Shown in pieces: positions 20,594 through 30,274 of a stretch of 64,000 bases of DNA (position 1 is its first letter; every line of letters starts with the position of its first letter). The DNA is from Dehalococcoidia bacterium (lineage in GTDB: Bacteria > Chloroflexota > Dehalococcoidia > Lucifugimonadales > UBA3495). The DNA lies in the NCBI GenBank assembly GCA_003523055.1, contig DPHC01000005.1, forward strand, positions 152,281 to 216,280, written 5' to 3'. The notes beneath the pieces were generated by a model. That model had not been told where the DNA came from and did not search any database. It saw nothing but the letters and a program-made list of their open reading frames with translations. The translations under genes were made by a program, and so were the position numbers.

Positions 20594-21781
20594 ATGAATA
20601 GTGCTGACTGGATAGCTATAGAAAATAAATATTATGCTCAGACTGTGAGGCGACAACCTGTTGTTATTGAAAAAGGCATCGGGTCTAGAGTTTGGGATGC
20701 AGATGGAAAAGAATACTTGGATTTTGTTGCAGGTTGGGCTGTTGATAACTTAGGCCATTCTAATCCAATCATAACTGAAGCAATTAAAAAGCAAGCAGAA
20801 ACACTGCTTCAAACTTCGAACCAATTTTATACTATACCTCAATTGAAACTAGCTGAATTGTTGATAGAGAACAGTGCTTTAGATAAAGTATTTTTCAGCA
20901 ATAGTGGGGCCGAAGCTAATGAAGGAGCAATCAAATTGGCTAGGCGCTATGGAATGATTAATAGAGACGGTGCTTATGAAATCATTACTGCTTTAAACTC
21001 GTTTCATGGGCGAACTCTTGGTACTGTAGCTGCCACTGGGCAACCGCATTATCAAGCGAATTTTGCTCCATTATTACCTGGATTCGTGCATGTTGAATAT
21101 AATGATTTCGAAGCTATTAAATCTGCTACTACTTCTAAGACAGCTGCTGTCATGTTAGAACCTATTCAAGGTGAAGGAGGAGTTATTATTCCAAGCAATG
21201 ATTACCTTCCTAAAATCAGACAGTGGTGCACTGATAATAACTTGTTGTTGATATTGGATGAAGTTCAAACAGGAATTGGAAGATTAGGTAGTTTGTTTGG
21301 GTATCAAGAATATGGGATAGAACCAGATGTGATGACTTTAGCAAAGGGATTAGGATTTGGACTTCCTATAGGGGCATTTTTGTCTAAAGAATATTGCATG
21401 GCTTTGGTACCTGGGGACCATGGTTCAACTTTTGGAGGAAATGCACTTACAACTGCAGTAGCTTTTGAAGGAACTAAGCATGTTATTGAAAATGGCATTT
21501 TAGAAAATGTAAAAGACATGGAAAGCTATTTCATGGGAGCTTTAAATAACCTTAAAGAAAAATATGGCTTTATTAATGAAATAAGAGGAAAAGGATTATT
21601 GATTGCTATGGAATTTGATAAAGATATATCTGGAGAGGTGATAACTGCTTGTAATGAGGCGGGATTATTGCTTAACGCACCAAGACCTAATGCTATTAGA
21701 TTTATGCCAGCCTTAAATATAGGTACGCCAGAAATCGATGAATGCATTAACAAATTAGAAATTGTATTAAGTAATATTTAA
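20594..21781 (+). CDS. argD: Acetylornithine aminotransferase (class III)
   Basis: FSNSGAEANEGAIKLAR, DEVQTGIGRLG, TLAKGLG (PLP-Lys). Sits in the arg cluster. Confidence 0.85.
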   Translation: MNSADWIAIENKYYAQTVRRQPVVIEKGIGSRVWDADGKEYLDFVAGWAVDNLGHSNPIITEAIKKQAETLLQTSNQFYTIPQLKLAELLIENSALDKVFFSNSGAEANEGAIKLARRYGMINRDGAYEIITALNSFHGRTLGTVAATGQPHYQANFAPLLPGFVHVEYNDFEAIKSATTSKTAAVMLEPIQGEGGVIIPSNDYLPKIRQWCTDNNLLLILDEVQTGIGRLGSLFGYQEYGIEPDVMTLAKGLGFGLPIGAFLSKEYCMALVPGDHGSTFGGNALTTAVAFEGTKHVIENGILENVKDMESYFMGALNNLKEKYGFINEIRGKGLLIAMEFDKDISGEVITACNEAGLLLNAPRPNAIRFMPALNIGTPEIDECINKLEIVLSNI

Positions 21782-21797
21782 TAATGAATTTGAGTAA

Positions 21798-22982
21798 ATG
21801 ATGAAGAAAAAAATAGTTTTAGCATACAGTGGTGGCCTTGACACTTCAGTTGCAGTTCCATGGTTGAAAGAAAATTATGACGCTGAAGTAATTACAGTAA
21901 CAATTGATTTGGGAATGGTTGATTTAGCATTAATCAAGAAACGTGCTATTGATGTAGGAGCTGATAAAGCAGTAACTATAGATGCTAAACAGATGCTAGT
22001 AGATGAATTTTTGTGGCCAGCTCTTAAAGCTGGAGCTATATATGAAGAAGAGTATCCTCTGGCTACTGCATTAGGCCGACCTCTGATAGCAAGATGTTTG
22101 GTAGATGTTGCTAAAGAAGAAGGCGCTTATGCGATTGCTCATGGATGTACAGGAAAAGGAAATGATCAAGTTCGCATAGAAGTGAACGCTGCTTCATTAT
22201 TTCCTGAAGTAGAACTTATTGCCCCGATAAGAGAATGGGGAATGAGTAGAGCTGATGAAGTAGAATATGCTAATGAGAGGAATTTACCGATAAACATCAA
22301 AGATAGTAGATTTTCAGTAGATGAAAATCTATGGGGAAGGAGTGCTGAAGCGGGAGAACTTGAAGATCCTTGGTCTGAACCTCCTGAAGAAGCTTATACA
22401 TGGACTTCTTCAAGCATGGATGCTCCTGATGAAAAAAAATATATTGAAATAGATTTCGACAAAGGAATTCCTGTAAGGATAGATGGCACGCAAATTCCTA
22501 GTATAGAATTGATTGTTAAATTGAACGAGATAGCCGGTAAGTACGGTATAGGCCGAATAGATCATGTTGAAAATAGGCTAGTTGGTATTAAATCTAGAGA
22601 AATATATGAGTCACCAGCTGGTGTGTTGTTGCATATTGCGCATAAAGCACTGGAAGATTTGACGTTAAGCAAAGATCAAGCACGTTTTAAAGCTAGTATA
22701 TCTAAAGAGTATGCAGAAATTGTTTACAATGGGTTGTGGTTTGGTAGGCATAGATTAGACTTAGACAAGTATGTTGAAAGCTCTCAAGCTTATGTGACTG
22801 GAACAGTTAGAATGCTATTGTATAAAGGTAACTGCAGAGTAGTAGGCCGGAAATCCAATTATGGATTGTATTCTAAGAACTTAGCAACTTATGACAGAGA
22901 TGATTCATTTGATCACTCGGCTGCTGAGGGATTTATAAAAATTTATGGGCTCTCCCAGAGAACAGAAAACTTAATTAGATAG
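21798..22982 (+). CDS. argG: Argininosuccinate synthase
   Basis: AYSGGLDTS, HGCTGKGNDQVR, ENRLVGIKSREIYE. Confidence 0.93.
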   Translation: MMKKKIVLAYSGGLDTSVAVPWLKENYDAEVITVTIDLGMVDLALIKKRAIDVGADKAVTIDAKQMLVDEFLWPALKAGAIYEEEYPLATALGRPLIARCLVDVAKEEGAYAIAHGCTGKGNDQVRIEVNAASLFPEVELIAPIREWGMSRADEVEYANERNLPINIKDSRFSVDENLWGRSAEAGELEDPWSEPPEEAYTWTSSSMDAPDEKKYIEIDFDKGIPVRIDGTQIPSIELIVKLNEIAGKYGIGRIDHVENRLVGIKSREIYESPAGVLLHIAHKALEDLTLSKDQARFKASISKEYAEIVYNGLWFGRHRLDLDKYVESSQAYVTGTVRMLLYKGNCRVVGRKSNYGLYSKNLATYDRDDSFDHSAAEGFIKIYGLSQRTENLIR

Positions 22983-23015
22983 ATATTATATTTCCTGTAG
23001 GAGGATTACGTAGTA

Positions 23016-24182
23016 ATGGCAATCGCTAATAGAATGAATAATTTAGGTACGGAAACGGCCTTTGAAGTTTTGATGAAAGCTAGAAACTTGGAATCTCAAG
23101 GACAAACAATTATCCATTTGGAAATCGGTGAACCAGATTTCGATACACCTAAACATATTATTGAGGCAGGTGTGGATGCTTTAAAGAATGGATTTACTCA
23201 TTATGGGCCAACGCCGGGGCTACCACAATTGAGAGAATCTATCGCAAGAAATAGCGAGAGAGTTCGAGGTATTAAAACTGATATTAATAATATTGTAGTC
23301 ACGCCTGGCGCAAAACCTATCATGTTTTATATTATCTTAGCTCTATCAGAACCAGGTATGGAAGTAATTTATCCAAATCCAGGGTTTCCAATATATGAAT
23401 CTATGATCAGGTTTTCAGGTGGAACTCCAGTTCCTATGCAATTATTAGAGGATTCTTCTTATCATCCGGATTTAGAAGATTTAAAAAATAAAATTAATGA
23501 TAAAACCAGCCTTATCATATTAAACTCCCCTGAAAATCCTTGTGGCTCGGCTCTTACTTTGGAAGAATTACAAACTATATCTGATATAGTTAAACAATAT
23601 CCTAATGTGTATGTTATGGCCGATGAAATTTACAAAGACATACTATATAACGGTGAACACAATAGCATAGCAACTTTGGATGGAATGCAAGATAGAACAA
23701 TAATATTAGATGGATTTTCAAAAAGTTATGCTATGACTGGATGGAGACTGGGATATGGGATTATGCCTGAAGAATTGGTGCCTCATGTGGTTAAATTAGC
23801 TGTAAATAGTGTATCGTGTGCTGCATCGTTTTCCCAAATGGCTGCTATTGCAGCATTAGATGGTTCCCAAGAGGAAGTCCAGTCCATGGCAGCAGAATTT
23901 TCTACTAGAAAGGATTTGATAGTAGATGGATTAAGAAGTATAAAAGGCGTCCGTTGCCCTGATCCAGAAGGAGCATTCTATGTCTTTCCTAATATATCTT
24001 CTACAGGATTAAAAAGTAATGAATTTGAAGATAGAGCCTTGAAAGAGGCTGGGGTAGCATTACTCTCAGGTTCTGCATTTGGCAAATTTGGAGAAGGATA
24101 TGTGCGGTTGTCGTATGCCAATTCACAAGAGAACATTAAAATTGCCATTGAATCACTTGATAAATTCATTACATCTTTGTGA
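23016..24182 (+). CDS. Class I/II pyridoxal-phosphate aminotransferase (aspartate aminotransferase-like)
   Basis: LEIGEPDFDTP, NPGFPIYE, NSPENPCG, FSKSYAMTGWRLGY. Confidence 0.8.
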   Translation: MAIANRMNNLGTETAFEVLMKARNLESQGQTIIHLEIGEPDFDTPKHIIEAGVDALKNGFTHYGPTPGLPQLRESIARNSERVRGIKTDINNIVVTPGAKPIMFYIILALSEPGMEVIYPNPGFPIYESMIRFSGGTPVPMQLLEDSSYHPDLEDLKNKINDKTSLIILNSPENPCGSALTLEELQTISDIVKQYPNVYVMADEIYKDILYNGEHNSIATLDGMQDRTIILDGFSKSYAMTGWRLGYGIMPEELVPHVVKLAVNSVSCAASFSQMAAIAALDGSQEEVQSMAAEFSTRKDLIVDGLRSIKGVRCPDPEGAFYVFPNISSTGLKSNEFEDRALKEAGVALLSGSAFGKFGEGYVRLSYANSQENIKIAIESLDKFITSL

Positions 24183-24217
24183 GTCATATAATCAAATATA
24201 ATCACTGGAGTTACTAA

Positions 24218-25330
24218 ATGGAATTTGGCTTAACAGAATTTCAGCAAATGATAAAAAATAGCTCTAATGAATTTTTATCTCAAGAATGTGATATGTCATT
24301 TGTGAAAGAAATGGAAACCAGCAAAGATGGATACACTCAAGAATTTTGGAAACAAATAGTTTCTCAGGGATGGACAGGAATTTCACTTCCAGAAGAATAT
24401 GGCGGAACAGGAGGCTCTTTTTTAGATTTGGCGGTATTGATAGAGAATATGGGTCGATATTTGGCACCTGGGCCATTACTTTCAACACTTGTCCTAGGTG
24501 GTTTAACGGTGTTAGAAGGAGGAACTGAAGAACAAAAACAAGAATTGCTACCCCTGATAACTAATGGAGAATTGATAATTACATTAGGGCTTTCCGAAGA
24601 GAGTTGTGATTATAGTTTTGACCATATTAAAACTATAGCTACCCGTGAAGGAAGCTCATATTTGATCACAGGAACTAAACTATTTGTGCCATATGGTCAT
24701 ATGGCAGATTTGATCATAGTGCCAGCTGTAACTGAAGAATTAAACGTTAAATTATTTTTAGTAAATACTAAAGCTTCAGGAGTTGAGATATCACCAATGT
24801 TAATGATGTCAGCAGATAGGCAAACAGAAATCCAATTAACAAATGTTGAAGTTGGTAGTGATAAAATATTAGGCGAGAAGAACGATTCGTTAACAGTACT
24901 GAACAACGCGTTTATAAGGATTATTATTGCTAAATGTTTAGAAATGACCGGAAGCTTAACAGCAACTTTAGATATAACATTGGAATATGTTAAACAACGA
25001 TCTCAATTTGGAAGATCTATCGGATCGTTTCAGGCTATACAACATCATTGCTCTAATATAGCTATTGATTTGGAGGGTTGCCGCCATGTTTCTTATCAAG
25101 CTGCATGGGCGCTATCTGAAGGAATGGATTCTAAAAAATATGCGCACATGGCCAAATCATGGTTAAATGAAGCATCTCAGCGAATCTGCATGTTAACCCA
25201 TCAATCCCATGGAGCGATTGGTTTTACTAAAGATTATGATTTGCAAATGCATACAAGGTGGTTAAAATCACAGGAACTTCTTTATGGTAATGAAGATTAC
25301 CATAAAGAACAATATATAAATTTAATATAA
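24218..25330 (+). CDS. Acyl-CoA dehydrogenase family protein
   Basis: LPEEYGGTGGSFLD, RSQFGRSIGSFQAIQH, 370 aa. Confidence 0.75.
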   Translation: MEFGLTEFQQMIKNSSNEFLSQECDMSFVKEMETSKDGYTQEFWKQIVSQGWTGISLPEEYGGTGGSFLDLAVLIENMGRYLAPGPLLSTLVLGGLTVLEGGTEEQKQELLPLITNGELIITLGLSEESCDYSFDHIKTIATREGSSYLITGTKLFVPYGHMADLIIVPAVTEELNVKLFLVNTKASGVEISPMLMMSADRQTEIQLTNVEVGSDKILGEKNDSLTVLNNAFIRIIIAKCLEMTGSLTATLDITLEYVKQRSQFGRSIGSFQAIQHHCSNIAIDLEGCRHVSYQAAWALSEGMDSKKYAHMAKSWLNEASQRICMLTHQSHGAIGFTKDYDLQMHTRWLKSQELLYGNEDYHKEQYINLI

Positions 25331-25354
25331 TAATAACCTGAGGAGTAATAAATT

Positions 25355-25696
25355 ATGGCAGATTGTATTTTTTGCAACATAGTTAGAGATTCAACAAACG
25401 AGTCAATTATTTACAAAGACGATAAAGTAGTAGTAATAAGAGATACTAATCCACAAGCAAGAATACATGTATTGATAATTCCAAATATGCATTTAAATTC
25501 ACTTGCTTACATTGGACCAGGGCAAGTACCAATAATGGGCCATTTATTTGTGGTAGCTGAAGAAATGGCACGCCGGGAAGGAATCGCATTAAGCGGTTAC
25601 AGAACTGTTTTGAATCAAGGCTCAGATTCAGGACAAGAAATTTCTCATTTACATATGCACGTTATAGGAGGCCAGCCTCTAGCTGCAATAGGTTAA
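25355..25696 (+). CDS. HIT family (histidine triad nucleotide-binding) protein
   Basis: CIFCNI and the histidine triad HLHMHVIGG. Confidence 0.85.
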   Translation: MADCIFCNIVRDSTNESIIYKDDKVVVIRDTNPQARIHVLIIPNMHLNSLAYIGPGQVPIMGHLFVVAEEMARREGIALSGYRTVLNQGSDSGQEISHLHMHVIGGQPLAAIG

Positions 25697-25705
25697 AATA
25701 TCATA

Positions 25706-26275
25706 ATGAATTCGATGTACGAAGGGATATCAGATTTAGTCGACAAATTACCAGACGGATTGAGGCGCCATAGTGATACCGTAAAGTCTATTGCGGAGAA
25801 CCTTGCGAATGTACATAATGCAGATGCCGATTTGGCGGTTATGGCAGCTAAAGGTCATGATATTGCTAGATTGATTGCTCCTCACGATTTATTAAAACAT
25901 GCATGTGAATATAAAATTCCGCTCACTGATGTAGACCGGCAAATTCCAATGCTTTTACATGGGCCTGTAGGAGCGGAAATGTTATTATCGCAATTTCCAA
26001 CATTGCCAGATTCAGTTTATAGAGCTATATATTGGCATACAACATTTAATGCTGGTTTAGATGACATTGGTAAAATAGTTTTCCTTGCCGACAAATTGGA
26101 CCCACAAAAATCAACTAGATACCCATATCAAAGGTTACTTCAAGATTTGTCAGAAAAAAATCTTAATAGAGCTGTTAAAGAATTTTTAAATAGAGAGATT
26201 ATTTCTTTGGTTAATCAGTCAAAGTTAGTTCATCCTCGAATGTTAGAGGCTAGGAATATGATTATTATAGGTTGA
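25706..26275 (+). CDS. yqeK: HD-domain protein, YqeK-like bis(5'-nucleosyl)-tetraphosphatase
   Basis: HS..V, GHDIAR, LLHGPVGA, FLADKLDP; about 190 aa, the typical YqeK size. Confidence 0.55.
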   Translation: MNSMYEGISDLVDKLPDGLRRHSDTVKSIAENLANVHNADADLAVMAAKGHDIARLIAPHDLLKHACEYKIPLTDVDRQIPMLLHGPVGAEMLLSQFPTLPDSVYRAIYWHTTFNAGLDDIGKIVFLADKLDPQKSTRYPYQRLLQDLSEKNLNRAVKEFLNREIISLVNQSKLVHPRMLEARNMIIIG

Positions 26276-26276
26276 T

Positions 26277-27110
26277 TTATTTAGCCTTGTACACTGGTGT
26301 ACGTTTTTCTATAAATGACTGGGTAGCTTCTTTAAAGTCTTCTGTTTCATGCAATTTCAGTGGTTGGAGATACAAATCTGCATTTATGGATGGCATAGAC
26401 CATAAATTACGAGATAGGCGAACGCCTGCTCTAGCGGCTAATGGAGGGGTGGCGACTACTAAGGTTGCTAATGCTTCGGCTTCTTGTAAGAGCAGGCTTA
26501 GTATTTTATTAGACTCATCGGGGGTGGGTTTAATTTCAGTGGTTATGTGGCTGGTGTCTACTATTCTATTTATAAATCCTAATTGATAGAGTTTAGTGCT
26601 GTTTATGGGTTCTCCTGTAATTAACATTTCAGATATGATTTTAGAAGGCATGAATTGGTTCATTTTTGCCCACACATGCCCACCTGCTAATCCTCTTTTA
26701 GTTTCCGTTATTCCAAATTTACAGTCGGATGTTGATACAATCATGTCAGATTCAGCGGCGATTAGCATTCCGGCACCTAAAGCATAACCGTGGGTTGCCG
26801 CAATAACTGGCTTCCAATTAGCAGAGCGGCCCAGGAAACTTTCAGGATTAGCCCCTCTAGTTCGTTTAACTTCTTGGGCGCTATCCATTTGTGCAAATTT
26901 TTGTTTGATGTCTGCGCCTGCACAAAAACACCTTCCAGAGCCGTAAAGTATTGCGACCCAAGCTTCTTCATCTACATCTAGTTCAAGTAAGGCCTCATGG
27001 AAATCTTGTTCAAATTGAAAATTGACTGCATTTAAGGATTTCGGTCTGTTGAAATTAATGTATGATATGTGGCCAATCCGTTCATAAGTCATTGTTTCAT
27101 AATTTGTCAT
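26277..27110 (-). CDS. Enoyl-CoA hydratase/isomerase (crotonase) family protein
   Basis: ILYGSGRCFCAGADIK, ATHGYALGAGMLIAAESD. Confidence 0.8.
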   Translation of the reverse strand: MTNYETMTYERIGHISYINFNRPKSLNAVNFQFEQDFHEALLELDVDEEAWVAILYGSGRCFCAGADIKQKFAQMDSAQEVKRTRGANPESFLGRSANWKPVIAATHGYALGAGMLIAAESDMIVSTSDCKFGITETKRGLAGGHVWAKMNQFMPSKIISEMLITGEPINSTKLYQLGFINRIVDTSHITTEIKPTPDESNKILSLLLQEAEALATLVVATPPLAARAGVRLSRNLWSMPSINADLYLQPLKLHETEDFKEATQSFIEKRTPVYKAK

Positions 27111-27318
27111 ATTTGAACCTCTTTTAAGTTAAAAACCGTGTTTATTTTCAATTTTAACACCAATATGGCCATAATTAATTAAATTTACATAAAATTGTAC
27201 TCATATGTGTAGATAGGAAGTATACATAATAGGCATAGTAATGGCGTAAGAGTAAACAAGGTTGAACTAGCGTTAGTTTTGTACGTTGGTGATGTGAATA
27301 TTGTAGAGGTGTGAGGAT

Positions 27319-27651
27319 ATGACTACTTTTGACAATAGCGCTAAGACATATGAGGTGTCCCCGGAGTTTTTTCATTATGAGGATACAGGTTGCGAAATTT
27401 CTAATTCGTGCCTTGATTGTCCATTGCCGCAGTGCAAGTATGATGATCCTGTTTGGTTTCAGAAATGCCAAAGATTAGCTAAAGACATGAAAGTAATTAA
27501 GGCAATGCAAAAGGATGAATTAACAGTCGAAGAAACGGCTGAAAAATTCGATGTTACTGTCAGGACAATTTTCCGGATCATGAGACGGTTTAAAGATTCG
27601 GAAATTGATATAGATCCTAAAGAGTTAGAAATATTTGCTGCAAGCGTTTAA
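27319..27651 (+). CDS. Small Cys-rich helix-turn-helix protein (putative transcriptional regulator)
   Basis: N-terminal C-x5-C-x2-C-x4-C (CEISNSCLDCPLPQC) followed by an HTH-like LTVEETAEKFDVTVRTIFRIMRR. GAGG-type RBS. Confidence 0.55.
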   Translation: MTTFDNSAKTYEVSPEFFHYEDTGCEISNSCLDCPLPQCKYDDPVWFQKCQRLAKDMKVIKAMQKDELTVEETAEKFDVTVRTIFRIMRRFKDSEIDIDPKELEIFAASV

Positions 27652-28826
27652 CCCCTAGGTAAGCCTAGGCCGCGCCCTGCAATTATATTTCTTTGGACCT
27701 CAGATGTTCCAGCAGCTATTTTATGGGAAAAGCTTATCATCCAATTTTCTTGGATCCTTCCAAGCAAAGGTGCCCAAGGATCGTCTTTTTTCAAAGTAGC
27801 TCTGGGACCGATGATTTCCAAACATGAATTTGTAACTTTTTGCAAGGTTTCACTGCCAAAAACCTTGCTGACTGATGCTTCTTTAGTTGGTACAATTCCC
27901 TGTTGTTGCATGTATGCAACGTTGTATGCCATCAGGCGAGCAACTTCACATTCGATTGACCTTTGCGCCAGTAGGTTTTGGATTCGTGGTTGATTTATTA
28001 GTGGATTCCCTAATGAGTCACTTACTTCTGTTGCGTATTGTTTTACGTCATCTATTAGGCGTCGCCCAATTGCTGAGTAGTCAATTCCTGATCGTTCGAA
28101 ATCTAATAGAGTCACAGCAACGTACCAGCCTTTGTTAACTTCGCCGACTACGTTTTTAGCAGGGACTCTGACATTGTCGAATATTACTTGGTTGAATTCA
28201 CTTCCGCCAGTCATGTCTGTTATAGGGCGTACTTCGATACCAGGAGTTCGCATGTCGACTAATATAAAGCTAATGCCTCGATGTTTAGGGGCTTCTAAGT
28301 CAGTCCTAGTTAGGCACATTATCCAGTCGGCTCTATGAGCTAAAGTGGTCCAGATTTTGGAACCATTTATGACCCACTCATCTCCGTCTAGAACTGCTCT
28401 AGTGCTAACGGAGGCTAAGTCGGATCCAGACTCCGGTTCACTGTATCCTTGACACCATTGTACTTCGCCTCGTGCTACGGGTGGAAGAAACTGTTGCTTC
28501 TGTTCTTCTGTTCCATGAACCATCAAAGTAGGTGCGAACATTCTAACTCCAAATATGTCGCGACCAGGGGCTCTTAGGTAGGCTAATTCTTCGTTATAAA
28601 TTGCAGTCCGGATTGGAGAGACTTCTTGGCCGCCATATTCTTTTGGCCAGTGCATAGTTAGCCAGCCTTTATCAGCGAGGTTTTTCCGGAAATCCATAGT
28701 TTTTTCCCAGTCCCAATTCTCTGGCCAGCGTCCTAACCCTTCCCAATCTGCTGGCAGTTCTTGCTGAACAAAAGCTCTTAAGTCTTTTCTAAACTGAATA
28801 TCTTGATCAGTAAAAGTAAAATTCAC
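27648..28826 (-). CDS. Acyl-CoA dehydrogenase
   Basis: WPKEYGG, QGYSEPESGSDLAS, and a C-terminal AAGTSEVQRNIIA with the catalytic-Glu context. Confidence 0.85.
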   Translation of the reverse strand: MNFTFTDQDIQFRKDLRAFVQQELPADWEGLGRWPENWDWEKTMDFRKNLADKGWLTMHWPKEYGGQEVSPIRTAIYNEELAYLRAPGRDIFGVRMFAPTLMVHGTEEQKQQFLPPVARGEVQWCQGYSEPESGSDLASVSTRAVLDGDEWVINGSKIWTTLAHRADWIMCLTRTDLEAPKHRGISFILVDMRTPGIEVRPITDMTGGSEFNQVIFDNVRVPAKNVVGEVNKGWYVAVTLLDFERSGIDYSAIGRRLIDDVKQYATEVSDSLGNPLINQPRIQNLLAQRSIECEVARLMAYNVAYMQQQGIVPTKEASVSKVFGSETLQKVTNSCLEIIGPRATLKKDDPWAPLLGRIQENWMISFSHKIAAGTSEVQRNIIAGRGLGLPRG

Positions 28827-28850
28827 TCGTGATTCTCCAAAAAAAGTTTT

Positions 28851-29117
28851 TTAATTGCCCACGGCCACGCAGGTTACAGTTCGAACCACGCCGTCTATCG
28901 TGTGGATGCTTTCAGTTACTATTGTGCCTACTATAGCCATATCATTGCCTTCAATCGTGGCTATTATGTCGTATGGGCCAGTCACTACATCTACTACACT
29001 TATGCCATTTAGAGAATGCAGGATATCAGCAACTTCGCGAGTTTTTCCAACAGAAGTTTCTATAAGTAAATAAGCTTTGGCTAACATGTTCAATCCTTTA
29101 ATTAATATATTAGGCAA
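28851..29117 (-). CDS. Stand-alone Lrp/AsnC ligand-binding (RAM) domain protein
   Basis: AYLLIETSVGKTREVADILHSLNGISVVDVVTGPYDIIATIEG. The true start is probably M11 (29087), giving about 78 aa. Confidence 0.6.
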   Translation of the reverse strand: MPNILIKGLNMLAKAYLLIETSVGKTREVADILHSLNGISVVDVVTGPYDIIATIEGNDMAIVGTIVTESIHTIDGVVRTVTCVAVGN

Positions 29118-29218
29118 TTATACACTCTAAGTTATATTTTGTTCTTGACGCATCAATTGATGATTTGTAAGATAAAATTTGCTCTAAACAAAGAAAATAC
29201 AACTTTGAAGTGTAAATA

Positions 29219-30274
29219 ATGAATACTGTGCCAATCGATATTCCTCCTCCAGAAATGTTTGCGAAATATGAAGAACTGATCAATCAAGCGCTTCATATCA
29301 TGATCCCATTTAAAAATCATAAAGATATCTTTGACATTCATTCTTATCATGTTGGTATTTCTAATAGTGATGGAACTTTAGTAGGTAGTGATCAGTACAT
29401 GGGAAAGTGTCTTAGATCTACGTTATGCGTTTTTATTTGTGAGGCCCTTGGTGGCAATGTCGACAACAGTATGCAGGCTGCGGTAGCTTTAGAACTGATA
29501 CATAACTTCTCATTAATTCATGATGATATTCAGGATGGAGACGGAGAAAGAAGGCATCGGCCGACGGTATGGTCTATTTGGGGTGTCCCCAAAGCTTTGG
29601 TTTCTGGCAATGCTTTGCACACAGTAGGAGATATGTCTGTTTTTAAAAGTAATATCTACGATGTACCTGAGAAAATGCAAATTAAATTATCTAACTTGTT
29701 GACCGAAGCTTATATGAAAATGATTGTTGGACAATGCCAAGATTTAGAGTTTGAAAACAAAACCGATATTACTACAGATATGTATTTGGGCATGATTGCA
29801 GGAAAAACAGGAGCATTAATACAAAATGCAATATTGATGGGAGCGTTGCTAGGCGGTAAAGAATACAATACTTTGCAAGCATTTGAAGAATTTGGATTTC
29901 TTATAGGCCAAGCTTTTCAAATACGTGACGATTTTTTAGGTATTTGGGGTGAAGAGTCTAAAACCGGAAAACCTATAGGGAATGATATCATTAGGAAAAA
30001 GAAAACCTTTCCAGTTGTATATGGATTTGAAAATGCACATGGAGCTCGGAAATCACAATTATTGAATATATATAACATGAAGGAACTTTATGATGATGAT
30101 AGAACCAAAGTATTACAGGTGTTAGAAGACGTAGGTGCTAAAGAAGCTACACTTGATTTCATTGATGAGGTTTCTGAGCGGGCTATGAACATTGTTAATC
30201 AATTGGAGATGCCGACGTGGGCAAGCATAGAATTAAAGAAACTAGTTTTTTTCTTGGCTAATAGAGATTTGTAG
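29219..30274 (+). CDS. Polyprenyl diphosphate synthase (GGPP/FPP synthase family)
   Basis: First Asp-rich motif LIHDDIQDGD..RR, second FQIRDDFLG, and KTGKPIGNDI. Confidence 0.85.
   Translation: MNTVPIDIPPPEMFAKYEELINQALHIMIPFKNHKDIFDIHSYHVGISNSDGTLVGSDQYMGKCLRSTLCVFICEALGGNVDNSMQAAVALELIHNFSLIHDDIQDGDGERRHRPTVWSIWGVPKALVSGNALHTVGDMSVFKSNIYDVPEKMQIKLSNLLTEAYMKMIVGQCQDLEFENKTDITTDMYLGMIAGKTGALIQNAILMGALLGGKEYNTLQAFEEFGFLIGQAFQIRDDFLGIWGEESKTGKPIGNDIIRKKKTFPVVYGFENAHGARKSQLLNIYNMKELYDDDRTKVLQVLEDVGAKEATLDFIDEVSERAMNIVNQLEMPTWASIELKKLVFFLANRDL

Noticed and set aside
26272-26586. 104-aa plus-strand ORF (also 26596-26787 and 26790-26981)
   Set aside because: It is antisense to the crotonase gene, which has clear family motifs.
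27175-27471. 98-aa minus-strand ORF
   Set aside because: It spans the divergent promoter region and overlaps the start of the Cys-rich HTH gene. It has no RBS and an odd composition.
29153-29350. 65-aa minus-strand ORF
   Set aside because: It overlaps the start and upstream region of the polyprenyl synthase gene. It is Phe/Ile/Lys-rich AT-driven noise.
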